Shown here: piece by piece, positions 53,483-64,000 of the stretch | How positions within the stretch are numbered: the first letter of the stretch is position 1 | How the letters are laid out: each line of letters starts with the position of its first letter | Assembly (NCBI GenBank): GCA_963797555.1 | Contig: CAWCPV010000014.1 | Location: 224,001-288,000, forward strand | From: an uncultured Gammaproteobacteria bacterium | GTDB lineage: Bacteria; Pseudomonadota; Gammaproteobacteria; CAWCPV01 | DNA length: 64,000 nt | Direction: 5' to 3' | Translations under genes and position numbers: made by a program | The notes under the pieces: generated by a model | The model's database searches: none | Seen by the model: only the letters and a program-made list of their open reading frames with translations | What the model was told of the DNA's origin: nothing

Positions 53483-55072
53483 ATGTTGTGGCTGTGTCTC
53501 TTCCTGCCCCACCTTCCCCTGGAGATATATACCCGGGGCGACGTTGCGGAGGGGCCGCTGGCCGTCGCGCAGGGAGACTCGGAGCTTGTGAAGAAATCGT
53601 CGCGAGCGGCCCGAAGGCAAGGTAAGCGAAGCGCCGCGACGAGACCCCTCCAGCAGATTAGCGAGGAGCGAGCACCGCACAACGCCGCTATCGGGACGCG
53701 CAGCAGATTTATTCACAAGCTCTCAGGAAAACGCCAGATCTTGATGGCATGCAATACCCGGGCACGGAACTTGGGCGTGCGTCCCGGCATGACGTGCAGC
53801 GCCGCCCTTGCCCTGCTCCCCGAGCTGCGGGTGTTCCCCAGAGACGAGCAGGAAGAAGCGGCTATGCTGAAGCATATTGCCGCCTGGGCCGGCCAGTTCA
53901 CGTCCCTGGTCAGCCTGGTCCCGCCGCGTAGCGTACTGCTGGAGGCGGCAGGGAGCCTGAGACTATTCGGCGGTGCGGCGGGACTGTGCCGACGGGTCAA
54001 GGAGGAGATGAAGTCACTGGGATACGACATCTCCCTGGCGCTCGCGCCGACCCCCCTCGGCGCCTGGCTGCTAGCTTGCGCCGGCCTGGAGCGGTGCGTC
54101 ACGGATCTCCATCAGCTTCATCGTGAGGTGGCAGGGGTGTCTTTGCCCCTCCTCCAGCTTTCGGGCGAGATCCTCGAAGATTTGCGGGGTCTGGGTCTAC
54201 AAACCGTGGGGGACTGCCTGCGTCTTCCGCGGGAAGGACTGGCGCGGCGCTTCGGCCCGGGGCTGATCGACTACCTGGACAGAATGTTGGGCAGGACGCC
54301 GGACCCGCGCATTCCGTTCGAGCTCCCTCCCCGCTTCCGGGGTCACTTGGAGCTGCCCGCCGATACTTCTGCCTGTGAGGCACTGCTCTTCCCCCTCCGC
54401 CGCCTGCTCTCGGAGCTGACCGGATTCCTCCGGGCAAGGCAGGGGGGAATCCAACGTCTGGAGGTGAGGCTTGGCCATGGACGGGCGACCCCTAGCCGCC
54501 TGGCCATCGATCTGGTGGCTCCCAGCCGCGATCCCCAGCATCTGTTGGATCTGCTGCGTGAGCGCCTGGAACGGGTCAATCTGCCCGAGCCGGTCCAGGA
54601 CATCCAGCTCACGGCCGGCGAGGTGCTTAGCCTACCGCCCGAGAATCAGAGGCTGTTTCGAGAAGCTGGGAGGCAGCCAGATGACTGGAAGAGACTGGTG
54701 GAGCGGCTCCGTGCCCGTCTGGGCAGGAATGCTGTGCACGGTCTCAAGGCGGTTCCCGACTACCGCCCGGAGCGCGCCTGGTGCCACTGTCCCGCCGGAG
54801 AGACAGCATCGCAGACGCAGACACCCCCTCTCCCCCGCCCCCTCTGGCTGCTGCTCGACCCTTTACCTCTGTCGACGGTGGACGGTAGACCTTATCTGGA
54901 GGGCTCCCTAACTCTGCATCAGGGGCCCGAGTGCATCGAGAGCGGCTGGTGGGATGGCGCGGATGTGGTGCGTGATTATTACGTAGCGGCGAATCCCTTC
55001 GGCTCCCGGCTGTGGGTGTACCGAGAGCGCACAGGATCCAGAGGGTGGTTCCTGCATGGGGTCTTTGGATGA
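53483..55072 (+). CDS. imuB: Y-family polymerase-like ImuB with an in-frame insertion
   Basis: MLWLCL, GVRPGM, GPECIESGWWDG..RDYY, WFLHGVFG. Confidence 0.9.
   Translation: MLWLCLFLPHLPLEIYTRGDVAEGPLAVAQGDSELVKKSSRAARRQGKRSAATRPLQQISEERAPHNAAIGTRSRFIHKLSGKRQILMACNTRARNLGVRPGMTCSAALALLPELRVFPRDEQEEAAMLKHIAAWAGQFTSLVSLVPPRSVLLEAAGSLRLFGGAAGLCRRVKEEMKSLGYDISLALAPTPLGAWLLACAGLERCVTDLHQLHREVAGVSLPLLQLSGEILEDLRGLGLQTVGDCLRLPREGLARRFGPGLIDYLDRMLGRTPDPRIPFELPPRFRGHLELPADTSACEALLFPLRRLLSELTGFLRARQGGIQRLEVRLGHGRATPSRLAIDLVAPSRDPQHLLDLLRERLERVNLPEPVQDIQLTAGEVLSLPPENQRLFREAGRQPDDWKRLVERLRARLGRNAVHGLKAVPDYRPERAWCHCPAGETASQTQTPPLPRPLWLLLDPLPLSTVDGRPYLEGSLTLHQGPECIESGWWDGADVVRDYYVAANPFGSRLWVYRERTGSRGWFLHGVFG
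53582..53722. mobile_element. 141-bp MITE inside imuB
   Basis: 16-bp terminal inverted repeats GAGCTTGTGAAGAAAT / ATTTATTCACAAGCTC (1 mismatch); flanks TCG and TCA. Confidence 0.8.
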
Positions 55073-55088
55073 GGGGGGTCGGCATCCC

Positions 55089-58000
55089 GTGTCACTGCCA
55101 TCGCCTGCATACGCGGAGCTGCACTGCCTCAGCAATTTCACCTTCCTGCGCGGGGCCTCCCACCCCGAGGAGCTGGTGGCCCGGGCGGCAAGGCTGGGCT
55201 ATGCGGCTCTGGCACTCACCGACGAGTGCTCTCTGGCAGGGGTGGTGCGCGCCCATGTCGCCGCCAAGGACGACCGCCTCAAGCTTCTCATAGGCAGCGA
55301 GGTCCGCCTGCAGGATGGACCGCGCCTGGTATTGCTGGCGATAAACCGGGAAGGCTATGGGAACCTCGCGGAGATCATCACCCAGGGGCGCAGGGCAGCC
55401 CCTAAGGGGCAGTATTGCCTCAGGCGTGCGGATCTGGCCGATGGCATGGCGGGATGTCTGGCCCTGCTTTGCCCTGATGAGGCGTTGGAGCTGGAGCACG
55501 CCCGGTGGGTCGGGGATATCTTCCGAGAAGGCGTCTGGCTCGCCGTGGAGCTCTTCGGGGGACCAGACGACGCTGGCCGACTCGCCGCCCTGCGGCGGCT
55601 GGGGGGAGAAGCCGGCCTTCCTCTGGTGGCGGCAGGGGACGTGCACATGCACGTGCGCGCACGGCGGGCACTACAGGATACCCTGACCGCCATCCGTCTG
55701 GGCTGCACCCTGACCGAGGCGGGCTTAAGGCTCCATCCCAACGGCGAACGCCATCTGAGGCCCCGCAGGGCGCTTGTCCGCTTCTATCCTCCCGAGCTGC
55801 TGGAAGAATCCCTGCGGGTCGTGGAGCGGTGCCGCTTCTCCCTCGACGAGCTGCGCTACGAGTATCCCCAGGAGCTGGTCCCGCCCGGACAGACCCCGGC
55901 GAGCTACCTGCGCTGCCTTACCGAGGCCGGCATTCGGGAGCGTTGGCCAGAAGGCCCGCCGGACAGGGTACACCGCTTGGTGGAGCACGAGCTGGATCTC
56001 ATCTCCGAGACTCGCTTACGAGCCCTATTTTCTGACGGTCCACGACATCGTCCGGTTCGCCCGCTCCCGGAGCATTCTGTGCCAAGGACGCGGCTCTGCG
56101 GCCAACTCCGTGGTGTGCTATTGCCTGGGAATTACCGAGGTAGACCCGGCGCGCATGGAAGTGCTGTTCGAGCGCTTCATCTCCAAGGAGCGCAACGAGC
56201 CGCCCGACATCGACGTGGACTTCGAGCACGAGAGACGCGAGGAGGTCATCCAGTACATCTACGAGAAGTACGGTCGGCATCGGGCGGCCCTGGCCGCCAC
56301 CGTCATCACATACCGGCCGAAGAGCGCGGTCCGGGACGTGGGCAAAGCCCTGGGGCTGAGCCTCTCACAGGTCGACCGTCTGGCCCGGACCCTGGCTTGG
56401 TGGGACAGCAAACACGTTGCCCCCGAGCGGATCCGGGAAGCCGGCCTCGAACTGGACAGCCCGGCGATCACCCGGCTGCTCGCCCTGGTACACACCCTGC
56501 TGGGTTTCCCGCGCCATCTCTCCCAGCACGTCGGCGGCTTAGTGATGTCCCAGAGCCCCCTGTGCCGCCTAGTCCCCATCGAGAACGCCACGATGCCTGG
56601 ACGGACCGTCATCCAGTGGGACAAGGACGACCTGGATTCCCTGGGTCTGCTCAAGGTGGATGTGCTGGGACTGGGTATGCTGTCCGCCATCCGGCGCGCC
56701 CTGGAGAGCGTCAGCCGCTTCCGCGGCAAGCGCCTCGACTTGGCCGACGTGCCGCCCGAAGACGCGGCCGTCTACCAGATGATGCAGCGAGCCGATACGG
56801 TAGGGGTATTCCAGATCGAATCGCGGGCGCAGATGGCCATGCTGCCCCGTCTCAAGCCCGCCTGTTTCTACGACTTGGTGATTGAGGTGGCCATCGTGCG
56901 CCCCGGCCCCATCCAGGGGAACATGGTGCATCCCTATTTGCGCCGCCGGCGGGGCGAGGAGCCCGTCACCTACCCCAGCCTGGAGGTGCGCGAGGTCCTG
57001 GAGCGGACCCTGGGCGTACCCATCTTCCAGGAGCAGGTGATCAAGCTCGCCGTGGTGGCGGCGGGCTTCTCCGCCGGCGAGGCCGAACGGCTGCGCCGAG
57101 CCATGGCGGCCTGGCGTCGTAAGGGGGGATTGGAGCCCTTCGAGAACAGACTCATCGAGGGGATGCGCAGCCGAGGCTATCCGGATCTCTTCGCCCGCCA
57201 AATCTTCCAGCAAATCCTGGGGTTCGGGGAGTATGGCTTTCCGGAGTCCCACGCGGCGAGCTTCGCCCTGCTCGTGTACGTGTCGGCCTGGCTCAAACGC
57301 CACGAGCCGGCCGCCTTCACCTGTGCTCTGCTCAACAGCCAGCCCATGGGGTTCTATGCCCCCTCCCAGCTTGTCCAGGATGCGACAAGACACGACGTTG
57401 AGGTGCGTCCGCCTGACGTGGCCGAGAGTCTCTGGGACTGCAGCCTGGAGCCGGATGCGAAAGGCGAGCCAGCGCTGCGCCTGGGGCTGCGGATGATCAA
57501 GGGCCTGAGCCGACAGGCTGGCGAACGTCTGCTCACCGCCCGTCATGAGCGCCCCTTCACCAGCGTCCAGGACTTGATCCGGCGCAGCGGGCTGAACCGC
57601 TCCGATGTTCAGGCGCTAACCGCAGGTGGTGCCCTGGAGAGCCTCGCAGGGAACCGCCATCAAGCCCGTTGGCAGGTGCTCGGCGTGGAGCCGTCTTTCC
57701 CTTTGCTGGCGAATACTGCCATCTGCGAGCCCATGTCGCCGCTCCCTGTGCCTACGGAAGGCCAAGACATCGCAGCCGACTATGCGAGCCTGGGCCTCTC
57801 CCTGCGCCGCCACCCCCTGGCCCTCCTACGTCAGCAACTGCATGGGCTGCATGTGCTGAGCGCCGCAAAGTTGCATGCCGTGCCCCATGGTCGTCGAGTA
57901 CGTACGGCAGGTCTTGTGATCACTCGTCAGCGCCCCGCCTCGGCCTCGGGCGTTACTTTTCTCACCCTGGAAGACGAGACCGGTACCGTCAACGTGGTGG

Positions 58001-58173
58001 TCTGGCGCGACCTGGCCGATCGACAGCGAGCACCCCTGTTGGGCGCCCAACTGTTGAGCGTGTCCGGAGTCTTGGAGCGCGACGGTCAGGTGGTGCACCT
58101 GATCGCCTCTCGCTTAGAGGACTATAGCGCCCTCTTGGGCAGACTGGTGACCCGCTCGCGAGACTTCCGCTGA
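55089..58173 (+). CDS. dnaE2: Error-prone DNA polymerase DnaE2 (frameshift ~56010)
   Basis: [29 protein letters not shown]-terminal SRDFR. Confidence 0.93.
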
Positions 58174-58271
58174 AGAGGTTGTGGATAAGTCTACTGCACG
58201 AGCCGTCACCAAAACTTGACAAATCCACTCAACATTCCTAGGTTTTAAGTAATTACGTCAAGGAGGCTCTC

Positions 58272-58505
58272 ATGAACATCCAGCTAGCGGACGTGATGTT
58301 GCACGTGGATCAGGCCCTCGACGCCGACCGTCGGCATAGGTTGACGGAAGCCGTCCGCGAGGACCAGGGCGTCGTGGGCGTGGGTCTACATGACTTCGCG
58401 CCCCATCTGATGCTCATCGCTTACAACCCCGCCAGCACGAGCGCCGCCAGCATTCTCCAGCGTGCAACGGCCGAGGGGCTGCGAGCGGAGTTGGTCGGTT
58501 TCTGA
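58272..58505 (+). CDS. Small HMA-like hypothetical protein
   Basis: AGGAGG RBS; ferredoxin-like beta-alpha pattern without Cys. Confidence 0.6.
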   Translation: MNIQLADVMLHVDQALDADRRHRLTEAVREDQGVVGVGLHDFAPHLMLIAYNPASTSAASILQRATAEGLRAELVGF

Positions 58506-58585
58506 GATCACGGCCGAGGTACACACAGCGGTGGGCGAAAGTTAGCAGTAACTCCAGCGTAGCGGGACGTGGAAAAGGAGGCGCC

Positions 58586-59092
58586 ATGAAACGGAGGCTC
58601 TACTTTCTGCTCCCTGAGCCAGACAAAGCCCGGCGCGTCGTGGCGGAGCTTGTCGAGGTGGGTGTAGACGAGCGCCAGATGCATGTCCTGGCGCGTGACG
58701 GCGTCGATCTATCGGGATTGCCGGCGGCCACCGCGGAGCAGCGGCGTGATCTTGCCGAACGCATCGAACGGCTGTTGTGGGGCGGCAACTTGGCGGTCTT
58801 CTGGATCGCGCTCATGGCGTTTCTCGCCACTCTGTTCACCGGTCTTTCGGCGTGGTCGGTGGTGGCGGTCGCCGTGATGATTGCGACGTTCGTGGCCGGC
58901 GCGCTCTTCGCTCTGCTGGTCCCGAACGTGCATCTGGAAGAGTTCCGAGATGCCCTGGCGCACGGCGACCTGCTCCTGATGGTGGACGTCCCGCGACGCC
59001 GTGTCGCGGAGGTGGAGGATCGGGTCCACCGGCATCACCCTGAGGCTGCGGTAGGCGGGGTGAGCTGGACGATCGGTGCGCTGCGGGCCTGA
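58586..59092 (+). CDS. Membrane hypothetical protein (DUF1269-like)
   Basis: RRLYFLLP, two TM helices, GDLLLMVDVP. Confidence 0.65.
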   Translation: MKRRLYFLLPEPDKARRVVAELVEVGVDERQMHVLARDGVDLSGLPAATAEQRRDLAERIERLLWGGNLAVFWIALMAFLATLFTGLSAWSVVAVAVMIATFVAGALFALLVPNVHLEEFRDALAHGDLLLMVDVPRRRVAEVEDRVHRHHPEAAVGGVSWTIGALRA

Positions 59093-59362
59093 GACGCAGG
59101 TATCGATATTCGATACCTGAAGAACTCACAGTCTTGAGGCGGCCAGTCGCCGCCCGCGAGCGGGTGCTTTCTCACGTGCGGTCCGCCGTGGGGGGGGTTG
59201 TTGGCTGTCATCAGGTGGCCTTCCCGGGAAGACCACCGGCACCTCATCCTCTGCGCGCAGCGCGATCCGGACGCCGTCGCGGCCACCGCGTAGGGGGCGC
59301 GCAATGTGCACTTCGCGGTTAGAATGGTTCCTCGAGTCGCGGGGCTCGGGGAGGGCGAGGAA

Positions 59363-60490
59363 ATGGAGCGTCTTGTCGCTGCAGGTGGAGCCGATCTCGA
59401 TCCCCAGGCGGCTGTGGCCATGCTTGGGCAACGTGCAGTACAGCACGCGCCGCTGGCAGACCTGATGCATGAGGCACTCCTGCAAGTGCAGGAGGTCCTC
59501 AGGCCGCACGGCGCACACATTTTGGAGTGGTCACCGGAAACGAACGTGCTGGTGCTCCGCGCAGCCGTCGGAGGACAGACAGAGCAAACCCCCAGTGCGG
59601 CTCCCGGCGCAGGGCCATCTACCCAAGCGGCATACCTCGCGAAGTCCGCCACGCCGCTGATCATCGACGACGTGAATGTCGACACGTCCGTCGATTTGCC
59701 TCCCCTCCTGTCCGAGCAGGGTGCCCGGAGCGTCGTGAGCGTAGCGATCGGCCGGACGGAGAGTCCGTGGGGTGTTCTGGGGGCCTTCGGTCGTTCGCCG
59801 AGTCAGTTCAGTTTGCGCGACGCGCACTTTCTCCAAGCTGTCGCCAACGTGCTCGCGGCGGCGCTCCAGCGCGAAGGCGTGGAGGCACAGTGTCAAGAGC
59901 GCCTCGATCGGCAGCGCAACGCGATGCTGGAGGCGTTGCAGTCGATGGCCGTCGCCCTGGAGGCGCGCGACCCATACACTGTCGGGCACCAGCGGCGTGT
60001 GGCGAAGCTCGCGGTAGCGATTGGCGAGGTGCTGGGGCTGGACTCCCAGCGCCTTCAGGGCATCAGGCTGGCAGGAATCGTCCACAATATCGGCAAGGTG
60101 TTTCTGCCGATCGACATCCTGGGACGGGAAGGTCCTCTCAACGCGATAGAATTCGGCCTCGTCAAGACTCACCCTCAGCTCGGTCACGACCTTCTGCAAG
60201 GCATGGAGTTTCCCTGGCCGTTGGCGGAGATCGTGTTCCAGCATCACGAACGGCTCGACGGCTCCGGATACCCGCGAGGTCTCCGGGAGGAACAGATTCT
60301 GCCGGAGGCACGCATCATCACCGTGGCAGACGTCGTCGAGGCCATGGTCTCCGACCGGCGCTACCGCCCTGCTCGGGATATAGCAACTGCGTTGGAAGAG
60401 ATCGCGGAGAACAAGGGGCGGTACTACGACCCCCGGGTGGTGGAGGTGTGCTTAGAGCTGTTCAGGGAAAAGTCCTTTGACTTCGACTGA
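59363..60490 (+). CDS. GAF plus HD-GYP domain protein
   Basis: RDPYTVGHQRRV, HNIGK, HHERLDGSGYP. Confidence 0.88.
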   Translation: MERLVAAGGADLDPQAAVAMLGQRAVQHAPLADLMHEALLQVQEVLRPHGAHILEWSPETNVLVLRAAVGGQTEQTPSAAPGAGPSTQAAYLAKSATPLIIDDVNVDTSVDLPPLLSEQGARSVVSVAIGRTESPWGVLGAFGRSPSQFSLRDAHFLQAVANVLAAALQREGVEAQCQERLDRQRNAMLEALQSMAVALEARDPYTVGHQRRVAKLAVAIGEVLGLDSQRLQGIRLAGIVHNIGKVFLPIDILGREGPLNAIEFGLVKTHPQLGHDLLQGMEFPWPLAEIVFQHHERLDGSGYPRGLREEQILPEARIITVADVVEAMVSDRRYRPARDIATALEEIAENKGRYYDPRVVEVCLELFREKSFDFD

Positions 60491-60513
60491 CGGCCATCGC
60501 CGGACGCTGGCGT

Positions 60514-61076
60514 TCACCGAGCTGGGTTCTTCGGGAACCTGTTCAGGCGCCTGCGGGCCATGTCTGCCGTCGCAGCATCATCGCGCCCGATGGCCTTTCT
60601 GAGCACGGTGCGCAGCTCTCTCTCCGTGAGCTCACGCTCGATGAAAGAGGCATACTGGGCAGCCTGTTCCAGAGAACCCGCCTGGACAGCCCGGCGAATA
60701 TCCTTCTCCATCAGCCGGGTCAGGCGGCGCGGCCCGAGAAACGTCGCGCGCCTGTCCTTGGGCAGGGTGAACAACAGGCTCCGGCGGAGGCTCGATCGTG
60801 TCTCAGATAATACTTGAAGACCTCTCGCAATAGATGCTGTCTGACGGAGCCTTCTGGCAAACGAAGTCCGATCTCCTCGAGGCGCGGGTAGTCGCGTGCC
60901 CGCACGGCTTCTCCGATGAGCATGCGATCCCCGCGTCGCAGTCGTGGTCCATAGAGCCGGCGGAACCACAGGCTCCGAGCCCATCGCCTCACGCCCCGCA
61001 GGCCGACGCATAGCGCCCAAACGAGGACCACGACCGAGAGGCTGACAAGGATGCCTGGCAGAAGCAGTGCCGACAT
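60514..61076 (-). CDS. Hypothetical membrane-anchored protein (frameshift ~60800)
   Basis: N-terminal TM helix; ORFs 60720..61076 and 60514..61020 appear to join. Confidence 0.45.
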
Positions 61077-61232
61077 GGGTTCGGGAGAGGGGCGGCTTCG
61101 ATTACATCATTTATATATAACCCAACGGGCGTCCAGCGCCTACGGTTTTGGTCGAGGCTTGCGGTCGCGCTCGCTGCTCCTGCGGCGCATCAGGCGCGCG
61201 TCGACGGGCAGTAGCGGGAACTGCTATCAGTC

Positions 61233-62393
61233 GTGGCGATGAAAGGCCTGCAGATACAAGGTCTCGTGTCCCTCGCCGCCCGTCTGCGGCAGGAGCTCAC
61301 GTGTCCCATCCCCCAACCGCGCGCAGCGAGCTTACGCCGGCTCGTCGACGACACTCTTTCGGCCGTGGATGGCCTTCTAGCCCGATACGGGGTCACGGCT
61401 ACCGCCCTTTCGCCGCGGTCGCGACAGGCCGTGCAGTTTTTGCGCGGCCTCGACCTGGGCGCAGCACACCCCACCGCCGGTGCAAGGACCGCACCGGTAC
61501 ATTTCCCTGGCCTGCGGCGAGCCTTCCTGGACCTGCTCGCCCAACTCGAAGCGCCCGGCAAGACCCATCTGCCCGCCACACTGGCGCGAATCGCGCGACA
61601 CACCGAGTGCCTGGAGCGGACGATCGCCGACCACAACCTCTCTCCCGAGGCAATTAGCGAGGAGAGCCGCTGCGTCCGGGGTTGGCTCGCCTTCTTCTCC
61701 CGGCGAGAGAATCTGCAGGCTTATGCGGCTGCCGTGACCTGCACAGCGGACGTGTTCAGGGGGGCACTGCGCGGCACCCCGGGTCATCATCTTCCGCTGT
61801 CCGTCCACCTGCGCCCCATGCGGGGGCTGTTTCGGTGGCGTTTCGGCCCAAAGGGCGGTCAGGTCTCGTTGCCGACCCCGACCATCACCTTCGAAGGGGA
61901 CCTCTTCGCAGTGTTGGCAGGGCTCGCGCTGCGCCAGCGCCGCAACCGCCACCCGGTGCTGGAGGCCATGGTGGGTGATGCCTACCAAGGCGTTCAGGCC
62001 GAGATCGATTCTCTGGGGGGCGTGGTGGAGCACCCGCGCGGGCTCCACCACGACTTGGCCGCCGCCTTCGAGCGCGTGAACGCGGCCTATTTCGGAGACG
62101 GCCTCGCGCGGCCCCGGCTGGCTTGGAGCCACAACTTTTCGCGACGCAAGTTCGGGCATTACGACCCCATTCGCGACACCGTCATGGTGAGTTCCTCACT
62201 CGACCAGGCCCGGGTTCCACAGACAGCAGTGGACTTCGTCATGTACCACGAACTGCTGCACAAGCGGCTCGGCATCTCCTGGGACCGCGGCCGAGCGCGG
62301 GTGCATACCCCGGAGTTTAGGCGCGCGGAGCGCTGCTTCCACGCGTATGCCGAAGCGGAGCGCATCCTGGCTCGGCTCGCCCGACCAGACTGA
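61233..62393 (+). CDS. SprT/M48-like metallopeptidase-domain protein
   Basis: VNAAYF, FGHYD, HELLH, HTPEFR. Confidence 0.7.
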   Translation: MAMKGLQIQGLVSLAARLRQELTCPIPQPRAASLRRLVDDTLSAVDGLLARYGVTATALSPRSRQAVQFLRGLDLGAAHPTAGARTAPVHFPGLRRAFLDLLAQLEAPGKTHLPATLARIARHTECLERTIADHNLSPEAISEESRCVRGWLAFFSRRENLQAYAAAVTCTADVFRGALRGTPGHHLPLSVHLRPMRGLFRWRFGPKGGQVSLPTPTITFEGDLFAVLAGLALRQRRNRHPVLEAMVGDAYQGVQAEIDSLGGVVEHPRGLHHDLAAAFERVNAAYFGDGLARPRLAWSHNFSRRKFGHYDPIRDTVMVSSSLDQARVPQTAVDFVMYHELLHKRLGISWDRGRARVHTPEFRRAERCFHAYAEAERILARLARPD

Positions 62394-62423
62394 CCGTTTC
62401 CGGGTCCGCATCGAGGGGAACGG

Positions 62424-63827
62424 ATGGTCGTTTTCCGCATTACGGCCTTCCTGCTCTGGGCCAATTTCCTGCCACCGATGGCGAACTTGATCTGGGGGGA
62501 GCGCCTCGGCTACGCTCTGGACGGCGGTCATACCTGGCCGGACGGGCGACCGCTTTTCGGTCCGCACAAGACCGTGCGTGGAATCGTCGCCAGCGCGGTG
62601 GGCGGTACAGCCGCTTATCCGCTACTGGGGACCCCGTGGTGGATTGCCGGTGCCGCCGCACTTCTCGCCATGGCAGGGGACCTGCTTTCCAGCTTCATTA
62701 AGCGGCGCCTGGATCATCCCAGTGGTGATCCCAGCGTGGTGCTGGACCAGATATTCGAGGGGTTGTTTCCGACAGTCTTGTTGGCGACCTACCTGCCGCT
62801 GGCGCTTTGGCAAGTGCTCGTCGTGCTCCTGCTATTCATTCCCGTGACCTACCTGGGGTCCCGGTTTTGGAGCTACGTGCTCTACCGTCCTCCCGGAAAG
62901 AACTACCCGCGCATCATCCGGTCGCGAGTGCGACTACGGGAGTGGCGGGCTTGCCACGAACCCTTGGCCCGCTGGCAGAAGTGGCTGAACTTCGAGGACT
63001 ACGTCTACTACCGAGTGTTCATGACCTGGTTCTTCCGCTGGGTCGGGCTCTACGCTCAAGGCGTCGAGAACGCGTTGAATATGCGTGTCGAGACACCAGT
63101 CTTCTGGTTCGCGGACCTACCGGCCGCCTTTGACGGCTTCCGCATCCTTCTGCTTACCGACCTGCACTTGGACGGCCTAGACGGCCTGACCGAGGCGATC
63201 GCTCGGCGAGTCAGCGACTTGAAGGTCGACCTTTGCCTGGTTGGCGGCGACCTGCGTATGGAGATGTACGGCCCCACGGGTCCCTGTCTGCGCCGGCTGC
63301 GCCAACTCTTGCCCCACGTGCGTGCAAAGCACGGGGTGCTCGGCGTTCTGGGAAACCACGACTGCATCGAAATGGTCCCGGACCTCGAGGACGCGGGGAT
63401 GTTGATGCTCATCAACGACGCGCGGCGCCTTCAGCAAAACGGGGAGCGGATCTGGGTGGTAGGCATCGACGATCCCCACTACTACCGCTGCCACGATCTT
63501 GAGCAGGCGTTCCGGGGCGTTCCCTGCGACGACTTCAGCATCCTGCTCGCCCACTCCCCCGAGGCATACGGGGAGGCGTCCGGCTTCCGCCCTCGACTCT
63601 ACCTCTGCGGCCACACTCACGGCGGCCAGATCTGCATCCCACGTTGGGGGCCCCTATACACTCATAGCAGCGCGCCGCGAACGATGGCCGCGGGACCCTG
63701 GGAATACCGAGGAATGAACGGCTACACCAGCCGCGGGGCGGGAACCTCCGGCGTTCCGCTGCGGTTCAACTGTCCGGGCGAGATCACCCTAATTACGCTG
63801 TATCGCGGGGACACCCCTGCGCCGTAG
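62424..63827 (+). CDS. CarS-like (CDP-archaeol synthase family) domain fused to a metallophosphoesterase
   Basis: LDGG..DGRPLFGPHKTVRG, GDLLSSFIKRR, LDQ; then TDLH, GGD, LGNHD, GHTHGGQ. Confidence 0.8.
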   Translation: MVVFRITAFLLWANFLPPMANLIWGERLGYALDGGHTWPDGRPLFGPHKTVRGIVASAVGGTAAYPLLGTPWWIAGAAALLAMAGDLLSSFIKRRLDHPSGDPSVVLDQIFEGLFPTVLLATYLPLALWQVLVVLLLFIPVTYLGSRFWSYVLYRPPGKNYPRIIRSRVRLREWRACHEPLARWQKWLNFEDYVYYRVFMTWFFRWVGLYAQGVENALNMRVETPVFWFADLPAAFDGFRILLLTDLHLDGLDGLTEAIARRVSDLKVDLCLVGGDLRMEMYGPTGPCLRRLRQLLPHVRAKHGVLGVLGNHDCIEMVPDLEDAGMLMLINDARRLQQNGERIWVVGIDDPHYYRCHDLEQAFRGVPCDDFSILLAHSPEAYGEASGFRPRLYLCGHTHGGQICIPRWGPLYTHSSAPRTMAAGPWEYRGMNGYTSRGAGTSGVPLRFNCPGEITLITLYRGDTPAP

Positions 63828-64000
63828 TCGGCCGGCGGACGTTTCCGGCGTGTCTTGCACCCACACCCGCCCGCCCGTGCCGCGCTCGCCTGCTGGACCG
63901 CGGTACGCTTAAGGCGAATGATGCGCTTGCCCTATAGAGGATGGCGGCGGCCTGGTATGACTTATAACGCTATATCCATTACTTACAGAGTTTACATGCA

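Overview
High-GC bacterial chromosomal window, most consistent with a sulfur-oxidising gammaproteobacterium (rep, glgC, rnhA, mltD, galU, lexA-imuA-imuB-dnaE2, FccB-like, SorAB-like). A dif-type XerCD site lies at 43.9 kb. The left ~44 kb is largely accessory. The main element is a complete diversity-generating retroelement (avd, TR, RT). Its target is a convergently transcribed membrane-anchored FGE-sulfatase/C-type-lectin gene, and all 15 TR/VR mismatches fall at TR adenines. The DGR lies directly behind a MoxR ATPase and a vWA-like/FGE gene that has lost its own variable C-terminus, and an extra four-helix-bundle ORF precedes avd. Also present: a TcmP/Gp37-Gp68 pair, nested IS elements, an IS110 whose bridge-RNA guides can be read against its donor and target, an attC-like site, a lasso-peptide cluster with an atypical precursor plus kinase, sulfotransferase and nucleotidyltransferase, an LRR-Roc-COR-TIR protein, a RES-Xre toxin-antitoxin pair between dif-like sites, an in-frame MITE in imuB, and a CarS-like/metallophosphoesterase fusion. 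Many genes carry single frameshifts, probably assembly errors. Family calls come from motif recognition by eye; no database searches were run.
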